The position numbers and the translations under genes are program-made. A stretch of 24,000 nucleotides of DNA from Gloeobacter morelensis MG652769 (GTDB taxonomy: Bacteria; Cyanobacteriota; Cyanobacteriia; Gloeobacterales; Gloeobacteraceae): NCBI RefSeq assembly GCF_021018745.1, contig NZ_CP063846.1:90017-114016 (forward strand), in the 5' to 3' direction. The notes beneath the pieces were generated by a model. The model was not told where the DNA came from and did not search any database. It saw only the letters and a program-made list of their open reading frames with translations. The stretch's first letter is position 1, and every line of letters begins with the position of its first letter. Below, piece after piece: positions 8,882 to 14,477 of the stretch.

Positions 8882-9136
8882 ATGTCGAATGTTCGTCTGC
8901 CCGGCGCCTACCACGATCTCTTGAAAAAATTGCGGACCGGTAGATTCGTTCAAGGTCTTACCCAGGCCGATCTGGCGAGACGCGCGCGTCTTACTCAACC
9001 GACACTCAGCCGCATCGAAGCGGGAACTCGCCCTGTGAACGTGCTTGAACTGTATGCTCTGTGCGAGGCGCTGCAGCTACCGTTCATAGAACTTGTCTCC
9101 CAATTCGCCGTTGAGATGCATAGAGAGTCACCTTAA
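8882..9136 (+). CDS. XRE-family HTH transcriptional regulator (short, HTH domain only)
   Basis: GLTQADLARRARLTQPTLSRIEAGTRPVNVLELYALCEALQLPF is a classic Cro/C1 HTH_3 pattern. I prefer ATG 8882 because the longer 8795 start lies in the AT-rich promoter region and contains the TTGACA box. Its stop shares the palindrome TTAA (9133-9136) with the convergent HlyD stop. Confidence 0.8.
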   Translation: MSNVRLPGAYHDLLKKLRTGRFVQGLTQADLARRARLTQPTLSRIEAGTRPVNVLELYALCEALQLPFIELVSQFAVEMHRESP

Positions 9137-10395
9137 TCGATAAGCGCGATCCTGTCGACGCCTTCTTGGGCCGACATGTCTGAGAGGATGGCCCGATCGC
9201 CCAAAGTCAGTCCTGAGAGTACCTCGATGGTGCTGACCGAGCCCTTACCGAGGCGCACCTGCACCCGCACCGCCTCGGTGCCGTCCTGGGTAAGCTTGAA
9301 GAGGCTTACGGTTTGTCCCTCGACCCCGAAGGCGGGCCGGCCGATGTAGAGCACATTGGCGACGCGCTCCAGTTCGACGGTGCCGTCCACGCTCAAATCC
9401 GGCCTGGCCCCCTTCGGCAGCGCTCCTAATAGCCCCACCTCCACCGTCACCGTGCTGTTTTGCACCGCAGGATCGATGCGCCTAACCCAGCCCACCACCG
9501 TGCCGTTGCGGGTGTCGACGAGGGCCGGTTGGCCCACGAGGATGTCCTTGGCCTGGGTTTCTTCTATTTTCACCTCCGCTTTGAGGGTTTTCGGGTCGGC
9601 CACCCGGGCGAGATCGGTGCCCTGCGCCACGCGCTGGCCCACTTCCAAAGGCAAAGCGACGAGCACTCCGGCCATTCCAGCGCGCACCGCCAGGGCGGCC
9701 ACCTGGCTGGTGCGCAGCCGCGCAAGCGAACGCAGTTGCTCAACTTTTGCAGCCTGTGCTGCGAGCTGGGCCTGCCTAGCTTCCACAGACATTTCCGAGC
9801 GCTCTTGTTCGATCGCTGAGCGTGTGGCCAGTTCCTCAGCTTTGACCGCCGAAAGCCTCGCTTGCAGTTCACCGATGAGCCCCTGGCGGGCTAGATCGTC
9901 GTTAACGCGCCGTTGCAGCTCGGCCTGACGGTAATCCGACTGGATTGCCGCCAGCGCCGCGCGCTGGGTGAGCAACTGGCCTGCGGTCTGCACGCGTAGG
10001 TTGGTTAGTTCTGCCTCAGCGGCCTTGAGTTGCAGCTTGGCGTCGATGGCGCTTTGTTCCAGTTCGGGATTGGCCAACTTCACCAGCACCGTCTCGGGGG
10101 CCACCGTGGCACCGGGGCGGACCAGAATTCCCTCAACCCGCCCTTCGCTTCGGGCCGGGATGCGACGGATCTTCTCCGGGACCAGAGTTCCGAGCCCCCG
10201 CACCTGGCGGATAAGTGTCCCGCGCCGGACGGTGTCGATCCATACGGCGGAACGCTCGACGGCAGGCGCGGCTGGTTTGAGATTTGCCGCCCCCAACATC
10301 GTCACCCCCACCGCCCCGAAAGTAGCCAGGGCGATGAGGGCAGCCCGCAACCGGCGGCTGGCAAGACTCGGTTTGTTGCGTGGGATATCCATCAC
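9133..10395 (-). CDS. HlyD-family periplasmic adaptor (membrane fusion protein, MacA/DevB-like)
   Basis: 420 aa. N-terminal TM anchor LRAALIALATFGAVGVTML. Lipoyl/barrel motifs (GTLVPEKIRRIPARSEGRVEGILVRPGATV, LVKLANPEL). Long coiled coil (AELTNLRVQ...AQLAAQAAKVEQLRSL). C-terminal beta-barrel (GQRVAQGTDLARVADP, ALVDTRNGTVVGWVRRIDP). Confidence 0.9.
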   Translation of the reverse strand: MMDIPRNKPSLASRRLRAALIALATFGAVGVTMLGAANLKPAAPAVERSAVWIDTVRRGTLIRQVRGLGTLVPEKIRRIPARSEGRVEGILVRPGATVAPETVLVKLANPELEQSAIDAKLQLKAAEAELTNLRVQTAGQLLTQRAALAAIQSDYRQAELQRRVNDDLARQGLIGELQARLSAVKAEELATRSAIEQERSEMSVEARQAQLAAQAAKVEQLRSLARLRTSQVAALAVRAGMAGVLVALPLEVGQRVAQGTDLARVADPKTLKAEVKIEETQAKDILVGQPALVDTRNGTVVGWVRRIDPAVQNSTVTVEVGLLGALPKGARPDLSVDGTVELERVANVLYIGRPAFGVEGQTVSLFKLTQDGTEAVRVQVRLGKGSVSTIEVLSGLTLGDRAILSDMSAQEGVDRIALID

Positions 10396-10529
10396 GAGTC
10401 TCCAAGGGGACTGCCTGCTTCAGCTGGCAGGGGAATTGGAGCGTCCGACACCAGTTGGACAAACCTTTTCGCGCAATAACTGAGTCTGGACACGCTGATT
10501 CTCCTGCGTATATGGGTTAAATTTAACGC

Positions 10530-11696
10530 ATGAACAGAACCGTTCGACTCCTGCTGCGCCCCACGCTGGAACAAGAACAAGCCTTGCTCGGTACTCTGGT
10601 TCGTTTCACGGACTGCTTCAACGCCGTCTGCGAAGCGGGCTGGCAAGACAGGCAGAAAAACGGCGTCGAACTCCACAAGCGCACTTACAGAGGCCTCAAA
10701 GACTCTCAGCCCGGTCTTGTCTCGGACCTGATTATTCAGGCCCGGGTCAAAGCGACCGAAGCCCTGGCGTCGGCGATTGCTCTGGAGAACAAAGGCAAGA
10801 AGGTCGGCCAGCCCAAGTCCAAGCTGTGCCCCGCCAGGTACAACGACCACACCTATCGGCTGAGCTGGCAAGCTTCCACCGTCAACATGTCCTCGGTCGC
10901 GGGCAGGCTCGCCATCTTGTTCGATGCGCCTGCCTGTGCCGCAAAATACCTGGGACACCCCACTGCGACCGCAGACCTCGTCCACCGCAAAGGGCGGTTC
11001 TGGCTGCACGTTGTGGTGGACGTGCCCACGCCAGAGGTCCAGCCGACCGCAGATGTGGTCGGCGTGGATCTCGGCATCAAGCGTCCTGCCGTCACCAGCA
11101 ACAACAAGTTCCTGGGCGAGCGGCGGTGGCGAAACTTGGAAGCAAGAACGTTCAAGTTGAAGCGGGCCCTCCAAAGCAAAGGCACCAAGAGCGCGAAGCG
11201 GCATCTGCGCAAGCTCTCCGGCAAACAGCTTCGCAGACGGAGGGACCACGACCACGTCCTGAGTCGGCGCATCGTCCAAGCCACCCCGGCTGGGGCGACG
11301 ATCGCCCTGGAGAATCTGACTGGCATACGCGGCCGGGCGAAGCAACGGAACAAAGGCGGCCACCAACGCCGCTTGCATTGCTGGAGCTTCGCTCAGTTGC
11401 GAACCTTCATCGAATACAAAGCCGAAGAAACGGGCATCCGGGTTGTCCTTGTGGACCCCAGGAACACCTCCAAGGCTTGTAATCGGTGCGGTCACGTTCA
11501 TCGGTCGAATCGTCCCTCTCAGTCGGTTTTCAGATGCAAATCCTGTGGCTGCGAACTGAACGCAGACTTGAATGCGGCCAGGAACATCCGCCTCAAGCAC
11601 CTTGCCAGCGTTGGCATGTCTGACGCTGGCGCGCCGTCGTCAACCGGCGTATCGTCTCGGTCTCCTTTGGGATCAGGGGCAAGCCGCCTGCTTTAG
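10530..11696 (+). CDS. tnpB: TnpB (OrfB_IS605) RNA-guided endonuclease / transposon accessory protein
   Basis: 388 aa. RuvC-I is VGVDLGIK, RuvC-II is TIALENL, zinc ribbon is CNRCGH...FRCKSCGCELNAD, RuvC-III is NADLNAARNI. N-terminus MNRTVRLLLRPTLEQEQAL is typical of TnpB. The 402-aa antisense ORF is an artefact. Confidence 0.92.
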   Translation: MNRTVRLLLRPTLEQEQALLGTLVRFTDCFNAVCEAGWQDRQKNGVELHKRTYRGLKDSQPGLVSDLIIQARVKATEALASAIALENKGKKVGQPKSKLCPARYNDHTYRLSWQASTVNMSSVAGRLAILFDAPACAAKYLGHPTATADLVHRKGRFWLHVVVDVPTPEVQPTADVVGVDLGIKRPAVTSNNKFLGERRWRNLEARTFKLKRALQSKGTKSAKRHLRKLSGKQLRRRRDHDHVLSRRIVQATPAGATIALENLTGIRGRAKQRNKGGHQRRLHCWSFAQLRTFIEYKAEETGIRVVLVDPRNTSKACNRCGHVHRSNRPSQSVFRCKSCGCELNADLNAARNIRLKHLASVGMSDAGAPSSTGVSSRSPLGSGASRLL

Positions 11697-11850
11697 CGGG
11701 CGGTCGTTGACCAGAGACCTGTGAGTGGGACCGCCAGCTAAAGCATGCCCTGATGACGGCATACGAAGAAAGTCGTATGCGGTCAATCAAAGCATGCAAC
11801 CCGATTTTTGTGTATCCACCACGCTTGCTAAATGCCTGCCGATGGGTAAA
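11640..11850 (+). ncRNA. putative TnpB omega-RNA (reRNA) scaffold overlapping the tnpB 3' end and right end; limits approximate
   Basis: A 17-position helix with one mismatch (11689-11705 pairs with 11729-11745) encloses the tnpB stop codon. A competing local hairpin at 11684-11703 includes a G-U pair. A second hairpin lies at 11755-11784 (8 bp plus 3 outer bp, loop AGAAAG). Direct repeat AAAGCATGC at 11740 and 11789. The position matches where TnpB guide RNAs are known to be encoded. Confidence 0.35.
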
Positions 11851-12034
11851 ATCTATTTGCAGCTGGTGGCGCAAGAAGCAGCGCTCTGGAGGCCAAAAAG
11901 CGTGAAGGTCGGCTGAGAGCCTGGGCCACCGCTTCGCTGACGCTCGCGGCGGCGGCATTGGCGGTGATGGGGTGGCCGTTGGCTCGTTAAACCTTCCGGC
12001 TGCGCAGAGTCAATCGCTATTGATGCGAATTTGT

Positions 12035-12092
12035 GATTGGGAAGGGGCAGAGGCTCTCACTGATGAGAGCCTCTGCAAAGCACCCGTTAATC
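12035..12092. repeat. hairpin element copy A (GATTGG...GCAGAGGCTCTC-loop-GAGAGCCTCTGC...GCACCCGTTAATC)
   Basis: Perfect 12-bp stem (12047-12058 with 12065-12076), 6-nt loop. The flanks are shared with copy B. Confidence 0.8.
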
Positions 12093-12210
12093 AAGAAGAA
12101 GCTGACGCCAGTAACATCATGATCATGAACACAAACCTGCGGGATCGCTGGTGCTCAGACCGTAGCCGCACACCACAAGACGGATCTGGCGAAATGGGCT
12201 CGGAAGCCCC

Positions 12211-12271
12211 GATTGGTTGATAGGGGCAGAGGATCTCAAGAAAGAGATCCTCTGCCATGCACCGTTAAATC
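12211..12271. repeat. hairpin element copy B (GATTGG...GCAGAGGATCTC-loop-GAGATCCTCTGC...GCACCGTTAAATC)
   Basis: Perfect 12-bp stem (12226-12237 with 12244-12255), 6-nt loop. It differs from copy A in the stem by one compensated base pair (C-G in A, A-T in B). Confidence 0.8.
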
Positions 12272-12363
12272 GCAGGAGGGTTGCGCCAAACCCTTCTGGC
12301 TCCCTCTGGGTAGAAAGAGTGGGTCGAAGCTGGTTGGCCGAGCAATAGCCCGTCCTCGTCAAA

Positions 12364-12765
12364 ATGTGCAGTTGTCTGCACATCGACTTCCAAGCCGCCA
12401 GAGGCAGGTTGGGTCGGACCGTCAGTTTCCACCAGCTGGCAGAAACTGACCATCCCTCCTGCCACGGAGGGATAGTATCGGATATGCACCCAGGCAGGTG
12501 CACCTTTTTCGTAGTTACTCCGTGAATGTCTCACGGAGAACTTGCTCTCCATGAGAGCGCACAATGGCTTTAAAAAAGCCATTGCTTCCGATCTATATCG
12601 ATCGGAAAGCGCCCCAAAGCGGACCCAAATGGGGTTCGGTCTGAGCTCTGAGGGGCGGTTTTCGTTCCAAGGAACGAAAACCCAGGGAGTCCCTTGGAAC
12701 CAGAACCTTGTTAGTTCTGGTTCCGCAAACCCAGCAGAAACGTTCGTCTTGAGAACGAACGTTTC
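12364..12765. repeat. run of 11 nearly abutting, sequence-unrelated perfect stem-loops
   Basis: Stems, all Watson-Crick: 12364-12383 (8 bp), 12421-12450 (9 bp), 12452-12473 (8), 12485-12502 (6), 12518-12538 (8), 12544-12558 (6), 12562-12584 (10), 12586-12607 (8), 12657-12682 (12, 26-nt near-palindrome), 12696-12724 (11), 12737-12765 (11). Confidence 0.85.
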
Positions 12766-12864
12766 CCCCTTCGACCGACTAAGGTGGGTGTTTTCCAGGG
12801 AGGCCGAGACCGAGACATTGATGGCAACCATAATCGCTCCTAAGAACCCGTTTATAAACAGTTG

Positions 12865-12921
12865 GTGAACGGGTTCCAAATGATGGACTTAAGACAAATC
12901 CATCATTTGGAACCCGTTCAC
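12865..12921. repeat. perfect 23-bp inverted repeat with 11-nt spacer
   Basis: GTGAACGGGTTCCAAATGATGGA (12865-12887), spacer cttaagacaaa, then TCCATCATTTGGAACCCGTTCAC (12899-12921). A third copy of GAACCCGTT at 12844-12852 can pair with the left arm instead. Confidence 0.95.
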
Positions 12922-13121
12922 TTTGCAGTAATCGACGGGATCATGGAGCAATACAACCCTTCTTCTTGATTTTTCAAGGTGCAACTTCGCAGCAGACTGC
13001 CACCACGGGGATTTCATCCCATCGCTCGTTGCCGGAGTCGCACCCAGATACCCTTCCTCCCTAAAGAAAGTAGGAGAAGGTCCACTCCAGAACTTAGCAT
13101 AGATTGAAGCCAAAAACAAGG

Positions 13122-13150
13122 GAGGATCGAGTTATAAAAACTCGATCCTC
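13122..13150 (-). terminator. possible intrinsic terminator of the small secreted-protein gene
   Basis: Perfect 12-bp stem GAGGATCGAGTT/AACTCGATCCTC with a 5-nt loop, starting 10 nt after the minus-strand stop at 13160. On the minus strand it is followed by CCTTGTTTTTG, so the T5 run is 5 nt from the stem and not immediately adjacent. Confidence 0.4.
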
Positions 13151-13159
13151 AAGTGCGCA

Positions 13160-13399
13160 TTATGGGGTTATTGAACGGCTAAATATAGCCGTTCCAAAAA
13201 CAGCAACCTCAAACGAGGTTGCTGTTTCGTGCACCTCAATCCAAGGTGCGGGAGCAGGTGCGGGAACCGTAGTTGAAAGTTCCACTTCCCAAATGGCTTG
13301 GGAGCAAATTTCTCCTTCGATAGGAGAGGGTAGCTGTGCATAAGCAAAACTACCGAAACCGACGAAGAAGACGAGCACAGCAAAAATGATCTTGTTCAT
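13160..13399 (-). CDS. small secreted hypothetical protein (79 aa, Sec signal peptide)
   Basis: ATG at 13399 with AGGAG 9 nt upstream. MNKIIFAVLVFFVGFGSFAYA|QLPSP... is a canonical signal peptide with an AxA-type cleavage site. The mature part contains PAPAPAP, encoded by the direct repeat AGGTGCGGGA at 13244 and 13256. The last ~20 codons run through two perfect hairpins (13173-13194 and 13198-13227). Confidence 0.5.
   Translation of the reverse strand: MNKIIFAVLVFFVGFGSFAYAQLPSPIEGEICSQAIWEVELSTTVPAPAPAPWIEVHETATSFEVAVFGTAIFSRSITP
13173..13227. repeat. two adjacent perfect stem-loops (9 bp and 13 bp) inside the 3' end of the small CDS
   Basis: GAACGGCTA-aata-TAGCCGTTC (13173-13194) and AAACAGCAACCTC-aaac-GAGGTTGCTGTTT (13198-13227). 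Confidence 0.9.
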
Positions 13400-13459
13400 A
13401 ATAAAGCTCCTGTAGGTAGACGGGGGAGATGAAATCGTGACCGTAGACCATAGGAGTCC

Positions 13460-13510
13460 GACGATCACTTTATGACAGTTTCACGAGTCAACTGCCATAA
13501 GGTGATCGTC
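13460..13510. repeat. 51-bp imperfect palindrome upstream of the small secreted-protein gene
   Basis: GACGATCAC...GTGATCGTC forms 9 perfect outer bp. The arms then extend inward to 13478 and 13492 with two mismatches. 13-nt centre. It sits about 60-110 nt upstream of the minus-strand ATG at 13399, so it may be an operator. Confidence 0.6.
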
Positions 13511-13714
13511 AGAAATCGTGAACAGGAAAGGCCGTTGCTTCCTCCTGCAAACCTCAAACTATGCGCACTATCCAAACCTTTTCTCGTTACCGGAGTCGAA
13601 CCCGACGGCACCTTCGCGCACGAAGTGGGCCTTTGTTCAAGCCTCCACCATGACAGGCGAATGTGTCAAGAGCCGCGGAAAAATTTCTGTGTCTAAAAGT
13701 CGCAAAAAAAAGAT

Positions 13715-13744
13715 TTTACAAAATGGCTCTGCGGGGAGTACAAT
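13715..13744 (+). promoter_or_regulatory. candidate sigma-70-type promoter for the plus-strand gene train
   Basis: TTTACA (13715-13720), an 18-nt spacer, then TACAAT (13739-13744), about 85 nt upstream of the ATG at 13827. By-eye match only. Confidence 0.3.
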
Positions 13745-13826
13745 CCCCGTCGTCTAAAAGGCCATAAAAAACCGGGGCCTATCCGCCAAGACCGACCCCG
13801 GCTACCCCACAAATCGGAGTGAAACC

Positions 13827-14477
13827 ATGGTACGCGATCCGCGTAACCGCGAAATTCGCGCGTTGCTAAATAACGATGTTCGCCTATTTATTTGGGCTCT
13901 GGTAAGACGCAGGCCCGAAGCTCATCATTTTCTGGCACTGGATCTTGCAGAGCGCGAACAGTGTTTCCAGATGGCCGCCTGGCTGGTATTGGCAAAAGGC
14001 AGCGATCACAAAGCCGCCGAATGTCCCGCGCAAGTGGGCTTTGCAGTTTACACAAAAATGATGGACCTGCTGCGCAACCGTGGCAAGAGTCGGCTCGGCC
14101 TTGGACTACGCGCCAAGTCCAACAGCTTCGAGAAAGGGCTTGTCCGGGGGTTAAGCCTCGAATACTTGGGAGAGTTTCCTGCGGTAGAGAATCTTTCAGA
14201 TAACCGACTGGAGATCAACGAAGCGCGCGAATGGTTGGTGAGCGAGCTGACCGCCCTGGGCAACACCGAGAGGGGAGCGGCCCTGGTACAAAAAATCTTT
14301 GCCACCAGAGAAGAGCGCATGCTCACTCTGATGCGCAGATCTAGAAGTACTCTCGTCCCCCTACTCAAAGCCGCTGCCGAGCAGACAGGCTGCGCCCGCT
14401 TGGCCGTGCGCGTGTTTTACGAAGCGGTAGAACACCTAAGAAGCCGGGGGCGATCCAAATTCGATCGGGCGGCGTGA
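13827..14477 (+). CDS. hypothetical protein, divergent sigma-70/ECF-like (paralog 1)
   Basis: 216 aa. Region-2-like segment DLAEREQCFQMAAWLVLAK...GFAVYTKMMDLLRNRGKSR. Region-4-like C-terminus (ARLAVRVFYEAVEHLRSRG). Shares the central motif RLGLGL with the next gene. ATG preceded by GGAGTGAAACC. Confidence 0.55.
   Translation: MVRDPRNREIRALLNNDVRLFIWALVRRRPEAHHFLALDLAEREQCFQMAAWLVLAKGSDHKAAECPAQVGFAVYTKMMDLLRNRGKSRLGLGLRAKSNSFEKGLVRGLSLEYLGEFPAVENLSDNRLEINEAREWLVSELTALGNTERGAALVQKIFATREERMLTLMRRSRSTLVPLLKAAAEQTGCARLAVRVFYEAVEHLRSRGRSKFDRAA

Larger units (their letters stand above)
10400..11860 (+). mobile_element. TnpB-only IS200/IS605-family (IS1341-type) element; boundaries approximate
   Basis: A single tnpB ORF with no tnpA in the window. 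Structured non-coding sequence continues 3' of the ORF. The ends cannot be fixed without other copies. A short CAGCTGG repeat at about 10424 and about 11864 is noted but is too short to be used as evidence. Confidence 0.45.

Noticed and set aside
10392-11600. 402-aa ORF on the minus strand
   Set aside because: It is fully antisense to the TnpB gene, which has clear catalytic motifs. Its translation is Arg/Gly/Pro-rich with no motif. This is a typical shadow ORF in GC-rich coding DNA.
11755-11784. Group II intron domain V-like hairpin (GCATACGA-AGAAAG-TCGTATGC)
   Set aside because: The loop is 6 nt, not a GNRA tetraloop. There is no AGC triad or 2-nt bulge geometry and no reverse-transcriptase ORF. 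It is better explained as part of the TnpB omega-RNA scaffold.
10424-11870. Short direct repeat CAGCTGG (about 10424 and about 11864), also part of the hairpin loop at 12431-12438, as possible IS boundaries or a target duplication
   Set aside because: It is only 7 nt and contains a palindromic hexamer. IS200/IS605-type elements do not make target duplications. It is insufficient to define the ends.
11593-11958. 121-aa minus-strand ORF downstream of tnpB
   Set aside because: It overlaps the structured omega-RNA region, is very Arg-rich, and has no RBS or motif.
12364-12765. CsrB/RsmZ-type protein-sponge RNA (many hairpins in a row)
   Set aside because: The loops (TTGT, TGCCAC, CAGGCA, ATGTC, CAT, AAA, TATATC and others) do not carry the GGA motif that defines CsrA/RsmA sponges.
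12265-12879. 204-aa minus-strand ORF and 108-aa plus-strand ORF (12542-12868) across the hairpin run
   Set aside because: Both strands are open over the same palindromes, as expected when a sequence is nearly its own reverse complement. The longer ORF starts with TTG inside a hairpin arm and has no RBS, and neither has recognisable motifs. I treat them as non-coding, but this needs a homology search.
12040-13230. CRISPR array
   Set aside because: There is no repeated unit of constant sequence and spacing. The palindromes are all different apart from the two related copies at 12035 and 12211, which are about 175 bp apart. No cas genes are present.
13585-13625. tRNA T-arm-like string on the minus strand (GGGTTCGACTCCGG), a possible tRNA gene or att-site remnant
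   Set aside because: The flanking bases do not form a 5-bp T stem (only 2 pairs), and no acceptor or anticodon arms can be drawn. It could at most be a decayed fragment.
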